Positions 7,953 through 16,301 of a DNA stretch of 50,683 nt are shown here, piece by piece; position 1 is the stretch's first letter; every line of letters starts with the position of its first letter. The notes beneath the pieces are model-generated. The model had not been told where the DNA came from. It worked only from the letters and a program-made list of their open reading frames with translations, and did not search any database. The translations under genes were made by a program, and so were the position numbers. The stretch is from a virus (Duplodnaviria; Caudoviricetes), in IMG/VR virus record IMGVR_UViG_3300043409_001053, positions 1 through 50,683 of that record; one strand, written 5' to 3'.

Positions 7953-8527
7953 AACTTATCTTTTTCAGCTTTTAAATATTCCATAATAATACCTCCAACG
8001 TAAGCACCTTCATCTCTCCAAAACTTTACAAGTGCGTAAGCATCTTCGTAGTGTTCAGCTTCAAATTCAATCTGAATAGCTTTCTTTACTCCGTTGGTCA
8101 TATCTTCTAATTCACTTGAAACATCGTCATCGTTTAAAATATCATAATCAATTTCGGGTGCAAATGACGGAACATCCACCCCCCACGCTTCTAATTCTTC
8201 GATGTTCCATTCATTAGCTAAACTTTCCCATGACCATTCTCCAAAACTTACATTATCTTTAATGATAAATTCATTCTGTTGCTCTAATGTTAATTCTGTT
8301 GCTTTTATAATGTAAACTTCTTTTAATCCAGCTTCTTTACAAGCTTTTAATCTCATGTTACCACCAAGTACCATCATATCTTGATTTACAACTATTGGTC
8401 TTAGCTTCATCATTTCTGGAAATTCCTTTATTGAATTAACCAATTTTGAAAACTTAGAATCTTTTATAATTCTAGGATTGCTAGGATTCGATTTTACTTT
8501 ACTTATTTGTATTAGCTCTATATTCAT
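7949..8527 (-). CDS. ParB/Srx N-terminal domain protein
   Basis: NPSNPR...LVNSI...PIVV...VLGGNMRLKA...IIKDN. Confidence 0.88.
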   Translation of the reverse strand: MNIELIQISKVKSNPSNPRIIKDSKFSKLVNSIKEFPEMMKLRPIVVNQDMMVLGGNMRLKACKEAGLKEVYIIKATELTLEQQNEFIIKDNVSFGEWSWESLANEWNIEELEAWGVDVPSFAPEIDYDILNDDDVSSELEDMTNGVKKAIQIEFEAEHYEDAYALVKFWRDEGAYVGGIIMEYLKAEKDKL

Positions 8528-8529
8528 AA

Positions 8530-8769
8530 CTACTTTACTTTAAATTGTCGTCCACTTTCTAAATGTGTTAGTATTGGTATTTGTGTCTTTGATTCCCAAG
8601 ATAACTTGAACTGATTAATTCCTTTTCTTAGTTCACGCTCTTTTATTCTACAGTACAGAATAGCATCTTTTTTTGATAACGTTCTGAATTGGTTCTGAGT
8701 GTCGCCTTTAACATTATTCTCCAGGTCTTCAATCTTTTTAGTCCAAAGATTTGATTGTTTTTGATTCAT
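8530..8769 (-). CDS. hypothetical protein
   Basis: 79-aa ORF tightly packed in the operon. Confidence 0.65.
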   Translation of the reverse strand: MNQKQSNLWTKKIEDLENNVKGDTQNQFRTLSKKDAILYCRIKERELRKGINQFKLSWESKTQIPILTHLESGRQFKVK

Positions 8770-8773
8770 TCAA

Positions 8774-9286
8774 TTAGTATTTGATTTTCTTGTCCCAACA
8801 TATTATTTGTCCTTCCATTGGTTTCTTGAACCAAGATACAAAATCATCGTATGATAATCCATCGTTTTTGGCTAATTTAGTTACTTCGTGAATGTTTAGT
8901 ATTCTGTCGTCTATCATGAAGTACATACCGTTAAACTCGAAATTCCATATCGATACTATCTCTACATCTCGTGATAAGGTGATTTGTTTTGAGTGATAAG
9001 CTCCACTTCTGCCACTACGAGGATTTATATCGTCTCCCCATATTCTAGGACTGAATTTATCCCCTACTTTCCATCTTTTACCGTTTCTTACGGTATGACC
9101 CTTTGAATAGCCGTTCATGTACTTTTCGTATGAGTATTCATGTACTAATTCTTCTGGAACAGTTTTAGAAATAAACATATTTTTGTAAATGGCTTCTACA
9201 AAATAAGTTCTTTGTTTTTTCCTTGGGTGATTAGATTGAAATCTAGTGCTGAATGTTATTACTCTACTCATTGTCGTAAACTTCAA
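8774..9286 (-). CDS. ASCH/PUA-like domain protein
   Basis: K.HTVR...WKVGD and LAKNDGLSYDDFVSWF patterns. Confidence 0.6.
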   Translation of the reverse strand: MKFTTMSRVITFSTRFQSNHPRKKQRTYFVEAIYKNMFISKTVPEELVHEYSYEKYMNGYSKGHTVRNGKRWKVGDKFSPRIWGDDINPRSGRSGAYHSKQITLSRDVEIVSIWNFEFNGMYFMIDDRILNIHEVTKLAKNDGLSYDDFVSWFKKPMEGQIICWDKKIKY

Positions 9287-9512
9287 ATATTAGAAACGTT
9301 GCATTGTTGTTGTTTTCGTTTTTGTAAGCTTTTATTATTTCTGCTTTAGCTTCTTTTTTTGTGGTATAAACCACTCTATCGTACTTGTATAAGTGGTTTC
9401 TTGCTTCTAAGTAGATAACGTAGTTACCTTTTTCTTTACGTCTTACTATAAAGTACATTATTATGTCCTTACAAATAACTAGTATAAATGTTCCTATGAA
9501 TATTTCAAGCAT
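9264..9512 (-). CDS. hypothetical protein with N-terminal membrane anchor
   Basis: hydrophobic N-terminus followed by RRK. Confidence 0.6.
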   Translation of the reverse strand: MLEIFIGTFILVICKDIIMYFIVRRKEKGNYVIYLEARNHLYKYDRVVYTTKKEAKAEIIKAYKNENNNNATFLIFEVYDNE

Positions 9513-9544
9513 TTTTATATGTGTTTAAATGATTATGTTATGCC

Positions 9545-9784
9545 TTATTTTGAAAAGCGTAACGTGTCACCTACAATCAAAGAATCTTTAGTTATTATTT
9601 CAAGAAAATTTCGATTGTTATTGTATCTGCATCTAAATCTATTTTCTGAAACTTTTCTCTCAACTATAATGCTCTGTTCTACATCTATTACTGCAAATAT
9701 TTCGCAAGAAGTTAGCGTAAAAATAAAAACAAGGCATAACATCGTGTATAATAGATTGCTTGCATTAGGCATTTTTTTAAACAT
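9545..9784 (-). CDS. putative small lipoprotein (cassette-like gene)
   Basis: hydrophobic signal and LTSC lipobox; start lies inside the attC-like element. Confidence 0.6.
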   Translation of the reverse strand: MFKKMPNASNLLYTMLCLVFIFTLTSCEIFAVIDVEQSIIVERKVSENRFRCRYNNNRNFLEIITKDSLIVGDTLRFSK

Positions 9785-9866
9785 AATTTTTTAATTTAAT
9801 GATTAGTAATTTTTAGAGGTTTAGTCTTTAATCAGTGCAACCTCCCATACACGCCGTCCGTTATAT
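9734..9866 (-). mobile_element. attC-like fold-back element
   Basis: ATATAAC-GGACGG-CGTGTATGGGAGGTTGC ... GCAATCTATTATACACG-AT-GTTATGC; imperfect inverted repeat with AAC/GTT ends. Confidence 0.55.
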
Positions 9867-9877
9867 TACTTGCAATA

Positions 9878-10354
9878 TTAAGAAAACACAACTACGCCTT
9901 GGTTATTTTTAGCCGACTTAAAGGTTTCTAACCAAGTTTTATAAGATGAATAATCATATTTGTTCATATCTATTTTTGCTTTGTCATTATATTTTTCAAA
10001 ATCAGAGTAAATAGTATTTGAAACCTCCCAATCTAAACACCCTTCATTATCAGCAAAATTTATAAGGTCGTAAAATGGTATTTCAGCAGGTAGTTCATCC
10101 CACTTTATTTTACCTTCACTATCTAATAAATCTTTACGACCTACAAGTTTTACAAGTTTTTCTCTAAACCTATTGTGTGATGAATAAGGATAAGAAACAC
10201 CTATAAAAACAACATCGCCATTATATGCTTTGCCGTCTTGTAAGTTTTTAATTTTGTGTTTCCAATCTTCATTTATTACATATGCCATAAAGTCAGCATC
10301 TTTTTCATTCTCAGCAAGTTTGATATTGCCATAAGTTCTTACATCTAATCCCAT
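9878..10354 (-). CDS. hypothetical phage protein
   Basis: MGLD start; YS..NRFRE.L and PFYDLINFADNEG motifs. Confidence 0.8.
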   Translation of the reverse strand: MGLDVRTYGNIKLAENEKDADFMAYVINEDWKHKIKNLQDGKAYNGDVVFIGVSYPYSSHNRFREKLVKLVGRKDLLDSEGKIKWDELPAEIPFYDLINFADNEGCLDWEVSNTIYSDFEKYNDKAKIDMNKYDYSSYKTWLETFKSAKNNQGVVVFS

Positions 10355-10401
10355 TTTTATGTTTGTTTTTTTGATTAGTATTAAGTAGTGAGTAGTAAGT
10401 A

Positions 10402-10755
10402 TTAATAAACTACTTTAGATATAACATCTTTAACTTGTTGTATTGTTGCTTCTAAAAACACATTGCCCATTCTAACTCCATTTGCATTTCTATGTGCTAA
10501 TGTTTGCTCAAGCATTTGCAAACTACTTTCTAATGCACAAAACATTTCTGGAGCTGAAGAAATAAGTTTTGCATTTGCTTCTATTTCTGTTTTTGATTGC
10601 AATCCGCCTCCTATATAACCTATAAATGTATTTTGATGTGATTTATCAACCGTTTCGATATAAAAACCACGATCTACTACATCATTTCTATATTCCCACT
10701 CTCCTTTTGTAAATTTACTATCCATTGTTTCGATTTTTATTTTCTTTGTTGCCAT
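10402..10755 (-). CDS. hypothetical phage protein
   Basis: FTKGEW...EANAKLISSAPEM...L pattern common in small phage proteins. Confidence 0.8.
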   Translation of the reverse strand: MATKKIKIETMDSKFTKGEWEYRNDVVDRGFYIETVDKSHQNTFIGYIGGGLQSKTEIEANAKLISSAPEMFCALESSLQMLEQTLAHRNANGVRMGNVFLEATIQQVKDVISKVVY

Positions 10756-10800
10756 TGTGTCGTTGTTTAAATTGATTTTTTATTAGTACGATAGAAAACT

Positions 10801-11457
10801 TTATATTCTTTCTATTACTGGAGCAAAACTATCGTCTTCACATTGTTCTTTAAGCCATGTATAAGCTCTAATAAGAAATTCATATATGTTTTCTTCTTTA
10901 TTTTGAGAGCATTCTTTTCCCCATCCACCCTCATAATTATACTCAATAAAATCAAAACTATAAGATACAATCCATCCATTGCCTTTTGTATGTATAGAGA
11001 TGGATAGCATTTTTGCTTCTGTTCTATCAAGGCGTCCTGGTTGATGATGTTCTTTTTTAAGGAATCGCCCTACAAACAAAGTATTGATGTTGTAAACAAG
11101 CTGGTACAAATCACCTTTACCTGCGATATTGAAACTTAACATTCTATACTTGTCTGGATAGATAGATTCTTTTTTTCGCCAAGAGCCTAAAGAAACATTG
11201 TCTATTCCATAAACCGCCCTTGCAAAAACGGCATCAAACAAATCAATTCTGTAATTTGTCAAAATAAAAACTCCATTAAAATTATTAGCAGAATAAGCTA
11301 ACAAGGCTTTGTTAATTCCATCTACTGTCCATCTACCTGTTTGGATAGTATGTTCTTTACCTGTTTGTAGCATCCAATCTATGATGCACATTTTTTCTTC
11401 AAGCGTATAAGCGTATTGGCTTATCAATTTTCCGAAATGAACTTTTATCTTTTTCAT
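10801..11457 (-). CDS. hypothetical protein
   Basis: 218-aa ORF. Confidence 0.75.
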   Translation of the reverse strand: MKKIKVHFGKLISQYAYTLEEKMCIIDWMLQTGKEHTIQTGRWTVDGINKALLAYSANNFNGVFILTNYRIDLFDAVFARAVYGIDNVSLGSWRKKESIYPDKYRMLSFNIAGKGDLYQLVYNINTLFVGRFLKKEHHQPGRLDRTEAKMLSISIHTKGNGWIVSYSFDFIEYNYEGGWGKECSQNKEENIYEFLIRAYTWLKEQCEDDSFAPVIERI

Positions 11458-11646
11458 TATTTCGATTTTAAAACGTTTGCTTTTAGATAGATAAACAATA
11501 CTGTTCCACTAAACAGAACATGAACATACAAAGGAGTACTTACCACCCACCATGACCAGTATATCACAACATTCTAACTTTAATGTTACCAATACTAACC
11601 CTATAATACCTAAAATTAATAATAGCTTACTTGTTTTGCTTTTCAT
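11457..11646 (-). pseudogene. frameshifted small membrane protein (LKL..VI.WSWW motif)
   Basis: MKSKTSKLLLILGIIGLVLVTLKL continues in the +1 frame as NVVIYWSWWVVSTPLY..., whose TAA overlaps the next ATG. Confidence 0.6.
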
Positions 11647-11684
11647 GTCTGTTTTTGTTATTGTAAATCATTAGTAAATTGCAA

Positions 11685-11888
11685 TTAATTATTGCAATAG
11701 TGTTTTGCTAAACTATTTGCATCATATTGTCTTGCAAACATTGTTCTTGTGATGTATTTACCATCTACCATACAAGTAAAAAAAGTTCTTTTAGTTCCAT
11801 CTTTAATAACCTTTACTATTTCACAAGATTTACCACTTTCTTTATTTGTAAATGTTACTACTTTGTTTAGTACCGTAAATGTTTTCAT
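11685..11888 (-). CDS. hypothetical protein
   Basis: first ORF after the promoter at 11924-11952. Confidence 0.7.
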   Translation of the reverse strand: MKTFTVLNKVVTFTNKESGKSCEIVKVIKDGTKRTFFTCMVDGKYITRTMFARQYDANSLAKHYCNN

Positions 11889-11923
11889 AATCTCTTTTTG
11901 TTTATTGTTTCTGTTTGTTAATA

Positions 11924-11952
11924 CAATATTACAGAATGTTTTTTTAAAAACA
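11924..11952 (-). promoter_or_regulatory. promoter (TAATATTG, one mismatch) with near-palindromic operator
   Basis: caatatta at 11924-11931; tgtttttttaaaaaca at 11937-11952. Confidence 0.65.
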
Positions 11953-11978
11953 AAATGTTTTACTTAAATTATTTAAAT

Positions 11979-12015
11979 AAAAAAGCTCCATGCTGATTTT
12001 ACTAACATGGAGCTT
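11979..12015 (-). terminator. intrinsic terminator after lysis genes
   Basis: AAGCTCCATG...CATGGAGCTTTTTT. Confidence 0.8.
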
Positions 12016-12036
12016 GAATATTTATAAGCGTTTTAT

Positions 12037-12729
12037 CTATTCTTTGTACTTTTTCACATTCAAATAAAGCAGAATCAATACTATAATCAATGACATTATC
12101 CAAAGCCATCTTATATAGTTAACGTCTTTTTTTTTAATCTCTATCGATTTTACTTTTGTTTCGTGGACTATCTCCCTATCTTTTATTTCGTACACTAACT
12201 TTAGCTTTCCATCTACTATGTGGATATTCGCATCAATTAAAGTATCTGAGTACTCGAAATAGCTATTCTCTATAGTTCTGTTTACCAGCTTATATTTTAA
12301 CATTTCTAGTTCCTTATCTACACGATCATTTTCTAATTTAAGAAAGTACATAGAGTGTCTATACATGTCATTATCTCTTTGTGTAGCTGACTTAATATCA
12401 AAGCCTTGATTATCGTATTTAAGCAATGAATCTTGTATTTGTTGCTCTATGCTTGCCTTATGCTTGTAAAGTCGCTCATAAGCTTTTAAAATGCTATCTA
12501 CGTATAGAGTATCTTTTTTAAGGGCGTAACTAATTGAATCGATTGAGCCTTTAATTGTGATTGTGTCGGTATGTGTTGTGTAGATGCTATCGCTTAATTC
12601 AGGGTATAGTTTAATCAACTTTTCGACTTTATCTAGCTTTCTATGTATTTTTCGACTTGCTCTTTTTTGTCCGTTGTTTACGCATGAAGCGAATATCAAC
12701 ACAATTGCAATAATTAAAATCTTTTTCAT
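12037..12729 (-). CDS. putative unimolecular spanin
   Basis: lipoprotein signal ending FASC, C-terminal TM helix WLWIMSLIIVLILLYL, overlaps the endolysin stop. Confidence 0.7.
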   Translation of the reverse strand: MKKILIIAIVLIFASCVNNGQKRASRKIHRKLDKVEKLIKLYPELSDSIYTTHTDTITIKGSIDSISYALKKDTLYVDSILKAYERLYKHKASIEQQIQDSLLKYDNQGFDIKSATQRDNDMYRHSMYFLKLENDRVDKELEMLKYKLVNRTIENSYFEYSDTLIDANIHIVDGKLKLVYEIKDREIVHETKVKSIEIKKKDVNYIRWLWIMSLIIVLILLYLNVKKYKE

Positions 12730-13313
12730 TCGAATGTTTTTTTGTATTTGTCTAATAATTCTTTTCTGTGTTTATAACCGTTTGCATCTCCTACCTTTAC
12801 GGTGTCTCTACCTATATTTATTAGGTCAGAAATAACATCTAAATCGTCTTTGTCCGCTATCTCATTTAGTTTGTTATCCTTCCAAAACTCCAAAGCACAT
12901 ATCAAAGCATTCGCTTCTTCTGTTATCAAGTCTGGATTTTCAAGAAAATTAATTCCTGTTTTTTTGGTCATCTTAGCATATTGATTCTTTCCAGTATTTT
13001 GTAAAAAACCTCCACCCCTAAATTTATAACCATCTCCACTTGCTTCATCTCCGTTACCCATTCTATTAGCGTACACATAACTAAGACATTTAATAGAGTT
13101 TCTAAGATAACTAGAAACAAAAGCATCTGACTTCCCCTTAAATGGACTGTAGAATATAGCTCTTAAAGTCTTAATATCTTTGTAATAACCACTTTCACGA
13201 ACAGATTTTAAACCGCTCTCATGAGTTATTTGACTTAGAAAGTGAGCCAAACGCAAATGTGTATTGACCCCATATTTATCAAGTAGTGATTTATATTTTA
13301 TGTGTAGATTCAT
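12726..13313 (-). CDS. GH19-family endolysin
   Basis: LAHFLSQITHES, YANRMGNG, DGYKFRGGG..Q.TGK.QY, FW..N.LN..AD. Confidence 0.9.
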   Translation of the reverse strand: MNLHIKYKSLLDKYGVNTHLRLAHFLSQITHESGLKSVRESGYYKDIKTLRAIFYSPFKGKSDAFVSSYLRNSIKCLSYVYANRMGNGDEASGDGYKFRGGGFLQNTGKNQYAKMTKKTGINFLENPDLITEEANALICALEFWKDNKLNEIADKDDLDVISDLINIGRDTVKVGDANGYKHRKELLDKYKKTFE

Positions 13314-13422
13314 AACTGTTAATTTTAAAGTAAAACACCTTCACATTTCTGCAAAGGCGTTTAGATGGCACTCCAAATTATCTGAGAATAAAGTAGAACC
13401 CAAATATAAACATTATTCGATA

Positions 13423-13590
13423 CTATTCAAATAATGCGTCATCGTCTTCCTCTGTTGAAGATTCTTCTTCTATTTCGTCTTGATTTGATTCAACGTTTTC
13501 AACAACGTTTGATTCTAAATCTTCAACTTCTCCAGTATTTAAGTCAATAGAAGATTTACCTTTTATCTTCTTGCTATTATCAATCGCCAT
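13423..13590 (-). CDS. small acidic protein (55 aa), not in ORF track
   Basis: MAIDNSKKIKGKSSIDLNTGEVEDLESNVVENVESNQDEIEEESSTEEDDDALFE fills the gap between genes. Confidence 0.65.
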   Translation of the reverse strand: MAIDNSKKIKGKSSIDLNTGEVEDLESNVVENVESNQDEIEEESSTEEDDDALFE

Positions 13591-13616
13591 TTTCAACTGT
13601 ATAAAATTGTAATTTG

Positions 13617-14024
13617 TTATTTATCTCTAAAGAAAACATCTTCAATATTACTCAAAACAATAGATTTTAACTCCATAAAAGTAGTATCATTTTCTGAGTA
13701 TTCTTTAATTTTTGGCAATACATCTTCTAATTTTTCAGCATTGAATAAAATGCTTTCTGTCCAAGATGTGTCGTCAGCTCCAGTATATTTTAGTTTTGCT
13801 AAGAAGTTGGAATCACTAGCAAAGGGACTATTTTCTTTATCAAAAATAGATGTAATAGTTGTTTTAACCAAACTAACTAATTTACCACCACCAAAATAGC
13901 TTTGTTCAAACTCTTCTAATGCTCTTGTTTCAGCTTCTAGGTAGCTGTCAGCTTCTACTAATACAACTAACTTACCTTTATCAGTTGTTGATTCTTCTGT
14001 TGTTATTGTTGCCTTGAAATACAT
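13617..14024 (-). CDS. DUF4494-like protein
   Basis: LVEADSYLEAETR and duplicated small domain typical of Bacteroidota DUF4494. Confidence 0.65.
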   Translation of the reverse strand: MYFKATITTEESTTDKGKLVVLVEADSYLEAETRALEEFEQSYFGGGKLVSLVKTTITSIFDKENSPFASDSNFLAKLKYTGADDTSWTESILFNAEKLEDVLPKIKEYSENDTTFMELKSIVLSNIEDVFFRDK

Positions 14025-14035
14025 ATATTTTTTGT

Positions 14036-14503
14036 TTAATTGTTTACTATTTCTTGTAACTCCCTAAATTCACACACAAAGTAGTTTCTGTCTGACCATA
14101 ACTTCTCAACGTCTAACTTTGCAATGTGTGAATCATCTGACATTATATGAGGTGCTATAACGTCAATAATACCCTTGTTTAAATTACTGTCAAGGTCAGC
14201 TTTTGTCATTTTATAAACTTTAAATCCCTGCCTTACAGCATCGTGATACCTTTTTTTGTAAGACTTAGGCAACTTGAAGTAATACCTAGCAATATACAAA
14301 ACAGGTCCTTCTAAAGTAATTTGTTTCTTCAATTGTTGCTTTACTAATACATCAAGAATATCATCGTACTTTTTTACTTTAGCATCTTTGTGAAAGATTA
14401 TTTTACCAGTTTTTATGTGCCTACCTTGTCTTACAGATTGCTTTGGTTTTGCTTCTATGTCGAAATAGAACTTTACCGATTTAAAATCTTGATTGTTGTC
14501 CAT
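14036..14503 (-). CDS. rusA: RusA-like Holliday junction resolvase
   Basis: KADLDSNLNK.IID and DDSHI acidic catalytic motifs; KLW near the C-terminus. Confidence 0.8.
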   Translation of the reverse strand: MDNNQDFKSVKFYFDIEAKPKQSVRQGRHIKTGKIIFHKDAKVKKYDDILDVLVKQQLKKQITLEGPVLYIARYYFKLPKSYKKRYHDAVRQGFKVYKMTKADLDSNLNKGIIDVIAPHIMSDDSHIAKLDVEKLWSDRNYFVCEFRELQEIVNN

Positions 14504-14535
14504 GTTTTTATTAATACAAATGTAACTATTTATTT

Positions 14536-15339
14536 TTATAATACTATTAATTTTTCGTTTTCAATTGCATTGTTTAAAATCTCTTCAAAAGCATGAACTC
14601 GACACATCTTAGTCCATTCAAGGGTGTACTTATTATCTTTTTCTAGGTGTTTTGTAAATTTCAAAAACTCAGAATCGTTTATTTTATCCTTGTATTTTTC
14701 AATCATAACTGCAAATTTCAATTTCTTGATTTCTTTAATTTGCTCTTTAGAATGAAAGTTCAAATCCCTGTAAAACAGATTGTACATAGATGAGATGTAT
14801 TCAAAATATGGTACTCCAGTTTTTTCACAGCTATTTTTAAAATCGTTTTCTTTTAGCAAAACACTATCTGCGAATAATGTGTTGCATACTTCTCTGTCTT
14901 CGTCCGTCACTTGTTTGGGTTTTTCTTTTAACAATAAATTTTGATGTTCTTCTCGCTTGAAACCAGATCTTCTAATGTGATTATCATAGACACTCATTAG
15001 CTCGCTTATGAATACACAAGTTAAATTTTGGTACGTGTTAGCGTTTATTTCTAATTTCTTAGCAACTGCCATTTGTACAGCCGTTTTAAATTCTTCAATT
15101 GTGTACTTTCCAAGTTGTGATTTAACAAAATCAACAAGAACTGAAAATTGGGCTTGTGAGGGCATATTTTGTTCACGAATACCTAACACTACCAAATAGT
15201 ACCTTAAAACTCCTGAGACGGGTTCTAAATCGCTTAAATCACGCACTTTAATTGAATTTGCATTATCAATATAAATTTGAACCGAGTTTAGCGAGTGTTT
15301 CGTCGTATGTGTTTTTAGATTGCTTATTTCCAGTTTCAT
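14536..15339 (-). CDS. putative replication accessory protein (position of helicase loader)
   Basis: overlaps the initiator gene; YTIEEFKTA..MAV; function inferred from position. Confidence 0.45.
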   Translation of the reverse strand: MKLEISNLKTHTTKHSLNSVQIYIDNANSIKVRDLSDLEPVSGVLRYYLVVLGIREQNMPSQAQFSVLVDFVKSQLGKYTIEEFKTAVQMAVAKKLEINANTYQNLTCVFISELMSVYDNHIRRSGFKREEHQNLLLKEKPKQVTDEDREVCNTLFADSVLLKENDFKNSCEKTGVPYFEYISSMYNLFYRDLNFHSKEQIKEIKKLKFAVMIEKYKDKINDSEFLKFTKHLEKDNKYTLEWTKMCRVHAFEEILNNAIENEKLIVL

Positions 15340-16108
15340 TTTTTTGATTTTTTTGTTTCAACTCGTTTGCGTAATTCCAGATTATATTTTTTGCCCCAGA
15401 AGTAATCGTTTGATTTATGATTATTTTTAAATCACCAATATCAACATCGAGCATAGTTTTGAAAATAGATTCAATTTGCATGCTTGATTTAATTTCTTCG
15501 TTTTTTTCTTTTTTGTACTTAATCCAAGTTTTTAAGATGTCAGATTTTTCTAAATCAATTTCATCAAATTGGTCAAATTCTGAGTTTGAGTTTTTTATTT
15601 CTAATATACTCTCTTCTTCTTTTATTTCATTTACTATACTTTCCTTTACTATACTTTGTGTATTAATGTCAACATTAATTAAACTCAAATTAGTTTCTGT
15701 ATACATTAACTCACGTGAACTATCTATTTTATTACATAACTCATCATAAGTCATACATTTATTATTTCTTCTAGTGTAAAGGTCTTGAACTCCTTCAATG
15801 AATTTCTTACTATAGATGATTTTATATTTATCAAAAAGGTATTTGTCAATAGCATCAAGCTTCGATAAATCAATTAAAATATCATTTAGTTTTTCCACAC
15901 TTACTTTCATTAATGAAGTCAAATACATTTGTTGAGTTTCATCTCTTAAGTCTAAATAATGGTTTTCTGTAACTCCAATTTGCTCTAATAATTTAAACCA
16001 AACAGCATATCCATCATTGCCATATTTGCTTTCTATTACAAACATTTTTCTTCCATGCGAACAATCGTGAGGGAAATAATCTACATTATTTTTTTGAGGT
16101 CTTGCCAT
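15266..16108 (-). CDS. DUF4373 (Lin1244/Lin1753-like) replication initiator
   Basis: MARPQK..VDYFPHD...YGNDGYAVWFKLLE; KESIV linker; W..YK.EK C-terminal domain. Confidence 0.8.
   Translation of the reverse strand: MARPQKNNVDYFPHDCSHGRKMFVIESKYGNDGYAVWFKLLEQIGVTENHYLDLRDETQQMYLTSLMKVSVEKLNDILIDLSKLDAIDKYLFDKYKIIYSKKFIEGVQDLYTRRNNKCMTYDELCNKIDSSRELMYTETNLSLINVDINTQSIVKESIVNEIKEEESILEIKNSNSEFDQFDEIDLEKSDILKTWIKYKKEKNEEIKSSMQIESIFKTMLDVDIGDLKIIINQTITSGAKNIIWNYANELKQKNQKNETGNKQSKNTYDETLAKLGSNLY
15664..15760. repeat. candidate origin iterons inside the initiator gene
   Basis: TAATGTCAACATTA, TTCTGTATACATTA and two weaker copies; ACAT cores spaced 31, 31 and 21 bp. Confidence 0.45.
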
Positions 16109-16154
16109 ATTCTTTATTTCAGTTTAAACCTTTTAACATTTTTGATAAATTTTT

Positions 16155-16301
16155 TTAACCTAACTTTACAAGTGTTAGGTTTCCAATTTTTTTAGATGTT
16201 AAATGTTTTAGCCTTATCTTTTGATAAACTGCTTGGACAGATATTTTTTCTTTATCTGCATACTCCTTAACAGTCATATATTTATCTAATTCTAATTTCA
16301 T
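16155..16301 (-). CDS. excisionase/HTH_17-like DNA-binding protein (48 aa), not in ORF track
   Basis: MKLELDKYMTVKEYADKEKISVQAVYQKIRLKHLTSKKIGNLTLVKLG; TATATTTG 4 nt upstream of ATG. Confidence 0.75.
   Translation of the reverse strand: MKLELDKYMTVKEYADKEKISVQAVYQKIRLKHLTSKKIGNLTLVKLG

Noticed and set aside
10815-11030. Nested same-strand ORF of 71 aa
   Set aside because: Fully inside ORF 10801-11457 in another frame, with no separate start signals
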